A stretch of 64,000 nt of DNA from Candidatus Latescibacterota bacterium (GTDB taxonomy: Bacteria; Latescibacterota; UBA2968), in contig OZ242320.1 of the NCBI GenBank assembly GCA_965208125.1, positions 1,568,001 to 1,632,000 on the forward strand, read 5' to 3'. The notes under the pieces are model-generated. The model ran no database searches, was not told the DNA's origin, and worked only from the letters and a program-made list of their open reading frames with translations. The translations under genes were made by a program, and so were the position numbers. This document shows, piece by piece, positions 19,172 to 29,270 of the stretch (positions are counted from its first letter, which is position 1; every line of letters begins with the position of its first letter).

Positions 19172-19732
19172 ATGAACGATGCGGAATTGATTGCCCAGTT
19201 CCGAGCCGGGCAAATCGCGGCCTTTAACACCCTGGTCAAACGCTGGGAGTGTCCGATCTACAACTTTGTCCTGCGCTATGTGGGCAATCGCGACGACGCG
19301 CGCGACCTGTGTCAGCAAACCTTTATCCGCGCGTATAAAAACATGCGGCGCTTGCGCGACCCCGACAAATTCACCTCGTGGATCTATCAAATCGCGCTCA
19401 ACGCCTGCCGCGACGCTGGCCGCCGTCGCAGCCTCGTCTCCCTCGACACACTCGACACCCCTATAGCAGACACAACAACGCCCCCAGACGCGCTGATACA
19501 CGAACAAAGTGTTCGGGACCTGCTCAACCGCGCACTGCAAAACTTGCCCGAAGAACAGCGCATCGTCATCATCATGAAAGAATATCAGGGACTAAAATTC
19601 ACCGAAATTGCCGAAACACTCAAAGTGCCCATCAACACCGTCAAATCCAGAATGTATTACGGCCTCTCTGCCCTCAAAAAAATCTTTGACCGCTGGCACA
19701 TCAGCGAGGACATGGTGCGTTATGAACTGTGA
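19172..19732 (+). CDS. ECF RNA polymerase sigma factor
   Basis: DARDLCQQTFIRAY, FTSWIYQIALN, EIAETLKVPINTVKSR. Confidence 0.95.
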   Translation: MNDAELIAQFRAGQIAAFNTLVKRWECPIYNFVLRYVGNRDDARDLCQQTFIRAYKNMRRLRDPDKFTSWIYQIALNACRDAGRRRSLVSLDTLDTPIADTTTPPDALIHEQSVRDLLNRALQNLPEEQRIVIIMKEYQGLKFTEIAETLKVPINTVKSRMYYGLSALKKIFDRWHISEDMVRYEL

Positions 19733-20468
19733 CATCACCCGCGAACAAATAGTCGCCTACCTCTACGACGAAGACATCCGTCCAGAAGCGCGTGAACGCC
19801 TCAAAGTACACATCGAAACCTGCCCATTATGCAGCCAAACCCTTGAAGAACTGGGCAGCACATCCCGCATCCTCAATGCCTGGGGCGACGAAAAACCCGA
19901 CATGGACCTCGTCTTTGTACAGGAACGCCAAACCCTCTGGCAAAACCTGCTCCCCACGCGATACCCCAAAACCTGGGCAACTGCAGGCGTAGCCATCGCC
20001 GCAATCCTCATCTTCACCTTTCTCAACATCGAATTTGCCATACGAGACGGCGCATTCCACACCTCTATCGGCCTGCGATCCAGCGATCCTCCCGAGCAAA
20101 TCGCCATCACCGACACCACTGAAGCCCCCTCATTAGACGCCCCCATCACCCTCGGCGAATTTATCATCCATCAACAAAACTTGATCGACTACACCAATCG
20201 CCTCGTCCAAACATCGCAAAACCAGCAACGCAATGAAATCAACAACACTTTTATCCGCCTCGTAGGCGAACTCGAAACCCAACGTCAACAGGACCTCCTG
20301 CGCATAGACCGCGGGCTACAAATCCTCTACAACACACAGGAAACCCGCTATGGTCACATCCTGCGACAAATAGCTCCTGTTTATAATAAAGAAGCTGTTG
20401 AAGTTAAAGAAATCCCCATAGATAACCGACCATACCGCACGATTCCCACAAGAGGGAAAACCCCATGA
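19722..20468 (+). CDS. Zinc-binding anti-sigma factor (zf-HC2) with TM helix
   Basis: MNC...AYLY...HIETCPLC, then TM segment; overlaps the sigma stop. Confidence 0.85.
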   Translation: MNCDITREQIVAYLYDEDIRPEARERLKVHIETCPLCSQTLEELGSTSRILNAWGDEKPDMDLVFVQERQTLWQNLLPTRYPKTWATAGVAIAAILIFTFLNIEFAIRDGAFHTSIGLRSSDPPEQIAITDTTEAPSLDAPITLGEFIIHQQNLIDYTNRLVQTSQNQQRNEINNTFIRLVGELETQRQQDLLRIDRGLQILYNTQETRYGHILRQIAPVYNKEAVEVKEIPIDNRPYRTIPTRGKTP

Positions 20469-20827
20469 AACGCGAAATCGGAAAACTCGCAGTACTGATG
20501 ACAGCGCCGATCATGCTATCTCTCGTCTGGAATATTCACGCATCTGACAAAACGCTATCATCGGACACACGGGTAAAAACCGCGCAACTCGATACCCTAT
20601 CAATCCCTCATACTGCACAACTCGATTCCTTGAGCAAGGCACTCTCCGATTCCATACGCAGAAGAGTTAGAATTCTTATCTCAGAACGCCACAACCCCAA
20701 CGCCCGCGACCTGCTTCTCCGCCCGGCTGACAAAGCCAGCTATACCACAAGCGACCTGCTCCTCAGACCCAATGACAACATCAATTCTATATTTATCTCG
20801 CGTCATCCCACGCGAGTACAACGCTAA
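20465..20827 (+). CDS. Hypothetical exported protein
   Basis: ATGA overlap with the anti-sigma; N-terminal hydrophobic segment; short DLLLRP duplication. Confidence 0.6.
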   Translation: MKREIGKLAVLMTAPIMLSLVWNIHASDKTLSSDTRVKTAQLDTLSIPHTAQLDSLSKALSDSIRRRVRILISERHNPNARDLLLRPADKASYTTSDLLLRPNDNINSIFISRHPTRVQR

Positions 20828-20841
20828 AAGGAGATATTTCA

Positions 20842-22059
20842 ATGTATCACTCTCATCTACTAAAAATCGCAATCATTGTTCAGATATTTGCTACAAGTGT
20901 AATCGCCCAGGAGATCTCAACTGAGAAGGTCAAAGAAGTGTTGGTTATGAATGTAATGGGAACGCAGAGCCTGATCGGACAGACTGCGCCAGAGTTGGAC
21001 ATCGAAAAATTTCTACAAGCACCAGAAGGAGAAAAAAGCTTATCGGCATTAAAGGGCAAAGTTGTCGTCCTGGAATTTTGGGCAACCTGGTGTGCCCCCT
21101 GTGTGGCAGCAATCCCACATCTGAACCAGTTAAACGAGGAATTTCGCGACAAGCAGGTACAGTTTATCTCAGTAACAGATGAAGGCGAAGACGTAATTGC
21201 GCCATTTCTAAAACGACAAGAAATGAAATCGTGGATTGGACTGGACACGGACCGGTCGGTTTTCGAAGCTTATGGTGTTAAAGGAATCCCACGGACATTT
21301 TTGATCAACCAGGAGGGCATAATCGCCGCATCACTCCACCCGGCAGGGCTCTCATCTGACATGATCGAAAAGGTCATCGCGGGAGAAAAAATAGAACGTC
21401 CCAAATTGCCAAAACCGAGAACTGTCGAAAGCGAAGGCACCGACCCCATCTTCAAAATATCGATAGCACCTACAGAAAAAGAAGGTGGCCGTAGTTCAAG
21501 CAAAATTTCAAAAGGATACAAACAGCAGGAAGCAGAGAGCAGGACATTGCACCAGATTTTAAGCATGGCTTATGGCGTTCCCCAAACGCGGATTACAGGT
21601 CCAAAGGCACTTTTAGAGTCACGGTACGAGATTTCAGTCAGACTGCCGACCAATCAGTTCGAATTGCTATTCCAACAAGCATTGACTGCATCGCTACAAT
21701 TGCGCGTTTCCAACCAGAAAAAACCTGTTGAAGTCCTCGTACTCACGGCTGGAGAAGACAGCGCAGAAAAATTGAAGCCCACAGTAATGGGTTCAGGGGG
21801 ATCTATGACAATGGGTGGACGTGGCAAGATAAAGACAATGAACGGTGAAATCAGCAGACTGGCGCAATCATTGGAACATGTTTTGGAACGTGTCGTAGAG
21901 GATGGTACCGGGATAGAAGGAAAATACGACTGGGAACTCACCTATGACGAAGACGATCCCAATTCCGTGATCGCAGTCTTAGAAGAACAACTCGGTTTAC
22001 AAGTTCGGAAAGAACAGCGGGAGATAGAGTTTTTGGTTGTGAATGATGCCAGTGATTGA
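20842..22059 (+). CDS. TlpA-like redoxin fused to a TIGR03435-like C-terminal domain
   Basis: LEFWATWCAPC; C-terminal VEDGTGIEGKYDWEL...LEEQLGL. Confidence 0.85.
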   Translation: MYHSHLLKIAIIVQIFATSVIAQEISTEKVKEVLVMNVMGTQSLIGQTAPELDIEKFLQAPEGEKSLSALKGKVVVLEFWATWCAPCVAAIPHLNQLNEEFRDKQVQFISVTDEGEDVIAPFLKRQEMKSWIGLDTDRSVFEAYGVKGIPRTFLINQEGIIAASLHPAGLSSDMIEKVIAGEKIERPKLPKPRTVESEGTDPIFKISIAPTEKEGGRSSSKISKGYKQQEAESRTLHQILSMAYGVPQTRITGPKALLESRYEISVRLPTNQFELLFQQALTASLQLRVSNQKKPVEVLVLTAGEDSAEKLKPTVMGSGGSMTMGGRGKIKTMNGEISRLAQSLEHVLERVVEDGTGIEGKYDWELTYDEDDPNSVIAVLEEQLGLQVRKEQREIEFLVVNDASD

Positions 22060-22089
22060 TGCAGATACCCCTCGAAAGGAGAACTCAAA

Positions 22090-23352
22090 ATGAAACACAT
22101 CGTGACAAAAATCGTGCAAACCATCCTCTTTGCAGGAATAGCTCTCTTTGCCTTTTGCACTTCGGCCCTCGCCGACATGGACTGGAAACGCATGAAACGC
22201 GACCTCTCCATTCAGGAAAGCATACTCGACCAATTTTTTGACACAACAAAAGGTTCCACAACAGGTCTTTATATCGAAAACCACGGCGTCTTGCTCATTG
22301 CCAGCGGCGGGGTAAAACCTGAGATTCGAGTGCGTACGATCCGCAACAAAGGCAGAAGTCTCGACATTGCCATACCCCACAAGGATGTTTGGCAAACACA
22401 AAAGAGTGGAGGCGACAAAAGCAGTGAAAATCAAGAGGAAGAAATCCTCGAATTTTCTATGACCGAAAAAAAACCAGAAGCTGCTCAAAGTGCAAAGAAA
22501 GATCAAAATGAAGCCCTAAAAAAACAAATCACCGAATTTTTAAGCATCTATGGAAATGCCATTGGACAACTTAAAGATGACAACCGCGTAACCGTTCTCT
22601 TGTACCCAGCAGAACATAGCTCTCTCGTCAAATTTATCGTCCATGCCGACTCCACCCATGCCGATAAAATACATATCAAACAATCCACAATAGATCGAAG
22701 CGGTGATATTCAATTTGAAATAAAAGCCTTCATGGAGGAAGCCAAAAAACAGATAGAGGAAGTCTCCAAACACATTAAAATTGTCACCCCCAAGCGTATT
22801 CTCCTCGAAGCCACCATCACCAAACGCGACATCGACGCGTACAACCGCAGTAAAATTGACGAACAAACCTTTCAGGATCGAATCACCTTTCGCGAGCACA
22901 AACCACAGCCAGCACGCGACAAAACAATCGACATCATGGCCGATATTTTGACCAACATTCTAAAAAAAGATACGGATCTTCACTTCTTGAGTGGCACTCA
23001 ATGCACGGGCTTCTACCAAAAAGGCATAGGCGCGCTCTTTCTCGTCTCGCAAAAACCCTCCCTGTTACACTTCGAACCCAAGAACATCAACACACTCAAA
23101 GCCGCAGTCATAGCAACCCTTGCCGACTATGGTCCCACCCTGCGCGGCTTATCGCCAGAGGAATCCATCATCGTTCACGCCAACCTCATCGGGCAGAGCC
23201 ACTACAAAATCGGCCAAAAAGACAAAACAGCCGATATTAAACCTCCTGACCGCATCCTCTTCCGCGTTGCCAAACGCGACATTGAAGCCTACACCAGTCA
23301 AAAAATTGACCTCGACACATTCAAAAAAAGAGTTGTAATTACTGAGATGTGA
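22090..23352 (+). CDS. Hypothetical secreted protein with internal duplication
   Basis: GGAG RBS, signal peptide; two similar halves (GLYIENHGVL / GFYQKGIGAL; KRDIDAY / KRDIEAY). Confidence 0.75.
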   Translation: MKHIVTKIVQTILFAGIALFAFCTSALADMDWKRMKRDLSIQESILDQFFDTTKGSTTGLYIENHGVLLIASGGVKPEIRVRTIRNKGRSLDIAIPHKDVWQTQKSGGDKSSENQEEEILEFSMTEKKPEAAQSAKKDQNEALKKQITEFLSIYGNAIGQLKDDNRVTVLLYPAEHSSLVKFIVHADSTHADKIHIKQSTIDRSGDIQFEIKAFMEEAKKQIEEVSKHIKIVTPKRILLEATITKRDIDAYNRSKIDEQTFQDRITFREHKPQPARDKTIDIMADILTNILKKDTDLHFLSGTQCTGFYQKGIGALFLVSQKPSLLHFEPKNINTLKAAVIATLADYGPTLRGLSPEESIIVHANLIGQSHYKIGQKDKTADIKPPDRILFRVAKRDIEAYTSQKIDLDTFKKRVVITEM

Positions 23353-23356
23353 AAAG

Positions 23357-23436
23357 CACCTACCCCCTAACCCCCTTCCTACGAGGAAGGGGGGATCAGG
23401 TCTCCCCGTCCCGGGGAGGGGCCGGGGGAGGGGTCA
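23357..23436. repeat. GC-rich REP-like palindromic element
   Basis: CCCCCTAACCCCCTTCC...GGAAGGGGGG...CTCCCC..CCCGGGGAGGGG..GGGGGAGGGG. Confidence 0.6.
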
Positions 23437-23463
23437 AAATGCGTTTTAAGACAGCTTGTAAAC

Positions 23464-23498
23464 AAAAATCCCACCCTGAACTCAGGATGGGATTTTTC
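23464..23498. terminator. Intrinsic terminator
   Basis: AAAAATCCCA-CCCTGA..TCAGGA-TGGGATTTTT. Confidence 0.7.
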
Positions 23499-23607
23499 AT
23501 TTCTATCAGCAAATTTCCCGTAGCTTTTTAGTATCTAATTCTCTACATTTCTCTATGGGACTGGCGGGTGTGTATTATTCCCCAAAATTTTGGAAAGGAG
23601 ACGCCCC

Positions 23608-24579
23608 ATGTATCGCTCTCATCTACTAAAAATCGCAATCATTGTTCAGATATTTGCTACAAATGTAATAGCGCAGGAGAGCCTGATTGGACAGGCTGCG
23701 CCAGAATTGGGCATTGAAAAATTTCTACAAGCACCAGAAGGTGAAAAAAGCTTATCCGCATTACAGGGCAAAGTCGTCGTCCTGGAATTTTGGGCAACAT
23801 GGTGCGCTCCCTGTGTGGCAGCAATCCCACATCTGAACCAGTTAAACGAAGAATTTCGCGATAAGCCGGTGCAATTTATATCCGTAACCCATGAAGGTGA
23901 AGACGTGGTTGCACCATTTCTGAAAAAGAAAGAAATGAAATCGTGGATTGGACTGGACACGGATCGGTCAGTCTTCAAAGCTTATGGTATCAGGAGCATC
24001 CCACGGACATTTGTGATCGACCAAAAAGGCATAATCGCCGCGTCGTTCCATCCAACAGAACTCTCATCTGTCCTGCTTGAAAAGGCCCTCAAGGGAGAAA
24101 AAGTAGAAATAGAGCTTCCCGAATTGCCAAAACCGACCGAACTCATCTCCAATTTTGCTGGTACAGAAAAGCTCCAAATGCGCAATGTACATTGGGGCAT
24201 GACAGTGGAAGAATTGAAAAAAGCGGAAGATTGGAAACTGCTTCCAGGACACAGAGGCACAACAACGGCTCCCTATGGTCAATTCAAGGCTTTGAGATAT
24301 TCAGGCACATTATCTGGTTTGAATGTCGATCTTTCCTATTGGTTCTATCGAGATGAGGTGGGCACGTACAGATTGCGTAGGGCCTCATATCGCATCGCAG
24401 AAGATCCAGACAAAAAAGCCTTTCAAATGTTCAAAGATGAATTCAATCTGAAGTACGGGGCAGGTAGGCCATATAGGAGGGATTCGTCCAACTATCTCAG
24501 TTGGGAGCAGACCGAAGATACAGGATTAAGCCTTAGATGGGAAGACGACAGAACCAGCATCAGTATGAGGCAGAGATGA
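23608..24579 (+). CDS. TlpA-like redoxin paralog with a different C-terminal domain
   Basis: AGGAG RBS; WCAPC; N-terminal ~175 aa nearly identical to 20842-22059. Confidence 0.85.
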   Translation: MYRSHLLKIAIIVQIFATNVIAQESLIGQAAPELGIEKFLQAPEGEKSLSALQGKVVVLEFWATWCAPCVAAIPHLNQLNEEFRDKPVQFISVTHEGEDVVAPFLKKKEMKSWIGLDTDRSVFKAYGIRSIPRTFVIDQKGIIAASFHPTELSSVLLEKALKGEKVEIELPELPKPTELISNFAGTEKLQMRNVHWGMTVEELKKAEDWKLLPGHRGTTTAPYGQFKALRYSGTLSGLNVDLSYWFYRDEVGTYRLRRASYRIAEDPDKKAFQMFKDEFNLKYGAGRPYRRDSSNYLSWEQTEDTGLSLRWEDDRTSISMRQR

Positions 24580-24614
24580 TGTATGAAACCTATTACTTTA
24601 AAAGGAAATTGTCC

Positions 24615-26030
24615 ATGTCTATAGCTTCATCTGGTATGTTTTGCAAAGTGTTGACAATCGCTATCCTGGTACACTCGGGCGTCTCGGCTCAAGCGCAGGA
24701 CAAGATCGCGGGCGTCTGGCACGGAGAAATCAAAATCCCCGGACAGCCTCTCGCTGTAAAGGTCGTTCTCACTCGCGCCGACGCGGACTGGACCGGCACC
24801 ATCGACATCCCGGCTCAGGGCGCGAAAGACCTTCCGCTCATCGGCATCAACGTCGAAACTGACGAAACAGACACACAGATCACATTCGCAATACGCGGCG
24901 TACCGGGCAACCCGACCTTCGAGGGCCGCCTGCAGAACGATGGTGTCATACTCGGCACATTCTCCCAGGGCGGCGCACGCCTGGACTTTCAACTCTCACG
25001 CGATAGTGCCGGACCAGCGAGACCTCAGGAACCCAAAGCACCGTTCCCCTACCAGATTGAAGAAGCAACATTCGAACGCGATACAGTAGGCTTCGCCGGC
25101 ACATTGACCATCCCCTCGAGCACAGGCCCCTTTCCAGCAGTATTACTCATCTCGGGCAGCGGACCGCAGAACCGCGACAGCGAAATATTCGGTCACAAAC
25201 CCTTCCTCGTAATCGCCGACCATCTGACACGAGCCGGAATCGCCGTACTCCGGGTTGACGACCCGGGCGTCGGCGGATCCACGGCGCATCCGCACTCCCC
25301 CACAGCCTCGGATTTTGCCGACAACGCCATCGCTGCCATTGATTTCCTGAAGCGCGACAGCCGCATCAACCCCGATCAAATCGGCCTCATCGGACACAGC
25401 GAAGGCGGTATCGTCGCGCCCCTAACCGCCACTCGCGGAAAAGGCGTCGCCTTCATCGTATTGCTGGCGGCACCGGGTGTTCCCGGAGACAAAATGATGA
25501 GAAAGCAGAACGAACGCATCCTGGATGCTGCTGGCATCGCAGGCGAGCAAAAAGAGGTGCGCCTCGCGCTTTTCGATCAGCTATCCACAGCTTTAACCTC
25601 GGATTTATCCGAAGCCGAGGTGCGTCAGAAGGTCGAGGAAATCGTGCGACAACAATTCGAGACCAACGGTATTCCCCGCACACAACAGGACGAGACCCAG
25701 GTCAGGATGGCCGTTGAACAAGCGATCAGTCCCGGGATGCGTTACATACTCGCTTACGATCCCCGTCCTGCACTCGAAAAGATTACCGTTCCCGTACTCG
25801 CATTAAACGGCGAATTGGACACCCAGGTAGATGCAGAGCAAAACCTCGTCGCCATTGCTGCGGCACTGGAGAACAACAGCAACGTCACGATTCACCGCCT
25901 GCCAGAACTCAACCACTTATTTCAACATGCCAGAACAGGACTCATTGGCGAGTACGGTGTGATCGAAGAAACCATATCGCCGGAAGTCCTGGACCTGATC
26001 CGCGACTGGATCCTGACCATCACCCAATGA
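24615..26030 (+). CDS. Secreted alpha/beta hydrolase
   Basis: SGSGPQNRD, GHSEGG nucleophile elbow, GELDTQV, LNHLFQ. Confidence 0.9.
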   Translation: MSIASSGMFCKVLTIAILVHSGVSAQAQDKIAGVWHGEIKIPGQPLAVKVVLTRADADWTGTIDIPAQGAKDLPLIGINVETDETDTQITFAIRGVPGNPTFEGRLQNDGVILGTFSQGGARLDFQLSRDSAGPARPQEPKAPFPYQIEEATFERDTVGFAGTLTIPSSTGPFPAVLLISGSGPQNRDSEIFGHKPFLVIADHLTRAGIAVLRVDDPGVGGSTAHPHSPTASDFADNAIAAIDFLKRDSRINPDQIGLIGHSEGGIVAPLTATRGKGVAFIVLLAAPGVPGDKMMRKQNERILDAAGIAGEQKEVRLALFDQLSTALTSDLSEAEVRQKVEEIVRQQFETNGIPRTQQDETQVRMAVEQAISPGMRYILAYDPRPALEKITVPVLALNGELDTQVDAEQNLVAIAAALENNSNVTIHRLPELNHLFQHARTGLIGEYGVIEETISPEVLDLIRDWILTITQ

Positions 26031-26058
26031 TCGTTAGCACCCCATCTATATGAACAAC

Positions 26059-26727
26059 TCAATTCCCGCCACCGCCGCGACCACCGCCGCGACCACCTTC
26101 ACCACCACGTCCACCACCGCGACGACCTTGCTGACCCCGCGCCTGTCTGGGCGGACCCGCTTCAATCGTGATATTCACCCGCACCTCATCCCCCAGCACA
26201 TTGGCAAAATTCGCCCAGCTATTCACGCCAAAATCCGAACACAACAGCGTCAACTCCGTCTCAAAACCGGCCAGAGGCGTATTGCGCTGCGGATGCGTAC
26301 CAATGCCGAGCACCGTCACCGGCAACGTAACACTCTTCGTCACCCCGTGCATCGTCAAATCGCCCGTCACCAGAATTTTTTCACCCTCCTTCACAGCCGA
26401 CGTACTCTTAAACGCGATCGTCGGATACGTCTCCACCTCAAAGAAATCTGGTCCGCGCAAATGATCGTCGCGCCGCTGATTCCCCGTATCGATACTCCGC
26501 GTCTGAATCGTCGTTTCAATCATCATCTTCTCGGGCGCGGCAGGATCGTAATCAATCGTGCCGCCAAACTGATTAAACCGACCCGCCGTACGGCTCACAA
26601 AATGCCGAATCGAAAACCCGACCGACGAATGTGACCGATCAATCTGGTACTTCTCGGCAAAACCCGTATCCGCCATCACAAGCGATGACACCAGCCCCAA
26701 ACACAACAAACGAATGAATCTCAACAT
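26059..26727 (-). CDS. YceI-family lipid/polyisoprenoid-binding protein with Gly/Arg-rich tail
   Basis: IDRSHSSVGF, SIDTGNQRRDDHLR, GDLTMHGVTK. Confidence 0.92.
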   Translation of the reverse strand: MLRFIRLLCLGLVSSLVMADTGFAEKYQIDRSHSSVGFSIRHFVSRTAGRFNQFGGTIDYDPAAPEKMMIETTIQTRSIDTGNQRRDDHLRGPDFFEVETYPTIAFKSTSAVKEGEKILVTGDLTMHGVTKSVTLPVTVLGIGTHPQRNTPLAGFETELTLLCSDFGVNSWANFANVLGDEVRVNITIEAGPPRQARGQQGRRGGGRGGEGGRGGGRGGGGN

Positions 26728-26781
26728 TACTACCCTCCTGTGAAAATTACCCCCGGCTCTATATTAACCAAAACGACACAC

Positions 26782-26808
26782 GGGCGGGCACAGGGGCACC
26801 GCCCCTAC
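26782..26808. repeat. GTAG-family REP, single copy
   Basis: GGGCGGGCACAGGGGCACCGCCCCTAC; related copies at 29190, 45320 and 56777. Confidence 0.8.
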
Positions 26809-26813
26809 GTACT

Positions 26814-29090
26814 TCACCCTTCATCCGCCTCTGCCATCACCACGCGCGACGCCGCCAACCCATCTACCCTGGCGACTCCACCCGTCGCAGGATCGATCTG
26901 CCCAAACGACAGCACACCCGTTGGACAACTCTGCACACAGGCCGAACACCGCACGCACTCCGGATCCTCCATAGGCAAACCCTTATTCGCAAAATTCATC
27001 ACATCAATACCCTGATGGCACACCGACGTACACACACTACACGAAATACACTTCTTCTTATCCGCAAAAATCCGAAATCGCGAAAACCGCGCATAAACAT
27101 GCATCAGAGCAGCTAACGGACACGCAAACCGGCACCACATCCGCCCGCTAAAATGCCAGTAAAAACCCACCCCAATAATACCCGCCAAAAACAAATCCAC
27201 AAACCACTGATAATTCAAAAACGTCAGCGGAAATATCAGACCGCCCCAATTCACATCCTTCCCCATAAACAGCCCCATATACCCCGCATTCACCCAGTGG
27301 TCATAAGGCAATAACCAGCCTGCAATACGCAACGCCAGAAGCACAAAAGCCAGAACCAGAATCACCTGCCCCACCATATTCATTCGATTCCAAACAGGAC
27401 CGTGCGGCATCTTCTGCCGGTGCATATCCCCCATCGTCTCTGCCAGTGCCCCGCACGAACAAATCCACCCGCAATAAGCCCCCTTGCCCCAGCGCCAGAT
27501 AATCAGAGGAATCACCACAAAAGTCTGCACCAGACTAATGCCCAACCACCACCCCAGCGGCTGGCTCGTAAACACATTCCAGAAAAACAGGGGCCACGCC
27601 AGAATAAAGCCCAAACTCCGCCAGTACTCCCGCCCGTGTGCATCCCACTCCGTCGCCGGGAACAACGCATCGGCCACAGGCTTCAGAAAAGCACCATCGG
27701 AAAACCAACCATTGTGACCCAGCCACGGCAAGAAAATGTACGGCAACAAAAACAGGGGCACACACTGAATAACCATCAGCGTCACCGTCTGCACCGTCAC
27801 ATAAGGCGTCTGCCGTCGATTAATCCTGCGAATCCCAAACCCCACCACACACGCACAATAAGCCAGAGAATAATAAAAACCCGGCTGCGTCATCGACGTC
27901 CACACCGTCCCAAAAAGACCCGACTTATCCTCCGCTGGCATCAAATTAAACGGAAACAGCTTTGCCCCCTTAAACCACTCGTAAATCGGAATCCCCGCAC
28001 CCGTCTTCCAGTGATACACAAACACACACGCCAGCATAACCAGCGCAAAAGACACCCACGTACCCACGCGCCATTCCCCTCTAATCGGCACACCTGACCG
28101 CCTGAAAAAATCCAGCGGCGCCTCGCGCCCAATCATCGAAAACACCGCGTCATTGGGCATCGCCTCATCACCCTCACCCGTCGAAAGCACCACCTCTTCC
28201 TCACCAATCGCCCTCACCTCACTCGCCAGCGCCATTCGCAAATGTTCCCCACCCGAAAGTACCTCAATCTTCTCCACATTCTCGGGCTTGGGACGGCTCA
28301 ACTCCGCGCGTCGATACGACAGCGTCACTCGCCCGCCGGACTCGGCAATCGCAATTGCAGTCTCCAGCGCACTATCACCGCCACCAACCACCAGCACATC
28401 CTGATCTGCATAATCCTTTGGATCGTGCAACCGATTCATCACCTTATCCAGATCCTCGCCCGGCACATTTAACTTTCTAAAATTGCCCGACCGCCCAATC
28501 GCCACAATCACCCGATGCGCCAGCAAATCCTCACCCTCGGGAATCACCACCCGCAACACATCCCCCTCCCGCTGCACACACTCCGCCCGCGCAAACACCG
28601 GCTCGATATCCGCGGTCCGCTCCTCCAACTCATCCAACAACCGCTCCTTCACATCTGCCCGATCTGAAAACTGCAAATCACCTGCCGGAACCATATCCGT
28701 CGGATACGTGTAAATCGGCTTCGCCTTTGGAAAATTCACCACCGTAGAAAACCGCTCTGACGCCTCCAACAGCACAAAATCCAATCCCCGATTTCTCGCC
28801 TCAATACCCGCTGCCATACCCGACACACCCCCACCAATAATCACCAGATCGCGCACCCCATCCCTATGCGTCCGACCCTCAAATCCCGAATCACCCACAA
28901 TCGTCTGCACTGCCCGCGCGCCCGTATCCGACGAAAACTTCAACAGCGGAATCCCCGTCAAATCCCCCACAATATAAAGCCCCGGCACCGCCGTTGACCC
29001 ATCCTCATTCATCTCGGGCAACTTCTCCACCGTGCCCGAAGGCCACCGCGTGTGCAACCAGTGCATATACCGCTTCAAAAATCCAAACAT
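26814..29090 (-). CDS. FAD/NAD(P)-binding oxidoreductase fused to a membrane 4Fe-4S (NapH/MauN-like) domain
   Basis: IIGGGVSG, VVGGGDSALE; multiple TMs; CGWICSCG, CRFACP, CISCSVCTSVC, CVRCSACVQSCP. Confidence 0.85.
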   Translation of the reverse strand: MFGFLKRYMHWLHTRWPSGTVEKLPEMNEDGSTAVPGLYIVGDLTGIPLLKFSSDTGARAVQTIVGDSGFEGRTHRDGVRDLVIIGGGVSGMAAGIEARNRGLDFVLLEASERFSTVVNFPKAKPIYTYPTDMVPAGDLQFSDRADVKERLLDELEERTADIEPVFARAECVQREGDVLRVVIPEGEDLLAHRVIVAIGRSGNFRKLNVPGEDLDKVMNRLHDPKDYADQDVLVVGGGDSALETAIAIAESGGRVTLSYRRAELSRPKPENVEKIEVLSGGEHLRMALASEVRAIGEEEVVLSTGEGDEAMPNDAVFSMIGREAPLDFFRRSGVPIRGEWRVGTWVSFALVMLACVFVYHWKTGAGIPIYEWFKGAKLFPFNLMPAEDKSGLFGTVWTSMTQPGFYYSLAYCACVVGFGIRRINRRQTPYVTVQTVTLMVIQCVPLFLLPYIFLPWLGHNGWFSDGAFLKPVADALFPATEWDAHGREYWRSLGFILAWPLFFWNVFTSQPLGWWLGISLVQTFVVIPLIIWRWGKGAYCGWICSCGALAETMGDMHRQKMPHGPVWNRMNMVGQVILVLAFVLLALRIAGWLLPYDHWVNAGYMGLFMGKDVNWGGLIFPLTFLNYQWFVDLFLAGIIGVGFYWHFSGRMWCRFACPLAALMHVYARFSRFRIFADKKKCISCSVCTSVCHQGIDVMNFANKGLPMEDPECVRCSACVQSCPTGVLSFGQIDPATGGVARVDGLAASRVVMAEADEG

Positions 29091-29189
29091 CGCTACCTCT
29101 CCGATCAAAAATTCGCCCGCACAGGATAATCACACCATCTCACATCGTCAATTCCAAAATTTGCGTCACCCACAGACATATGTAAAGGC

Positions 29190-29266
29190 GGGACGGCACA
29201 GGGGCCGTCCCCTACGATGATATTTTTATTCCACCTGTTGTAGGGGCGGTGCCCCCGTGCCCGCCC
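29190..29266. repeat. Inverted pair of GTAG-family REPs
   Basis: GGGACGGCACAGGGGCCGTCCCCTAC, spacer, GTAGGGGCGGTGCCCCCGTGCCCGCCC. Confidence 0.85.
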
Positions 29267-29270
29267 GCAA

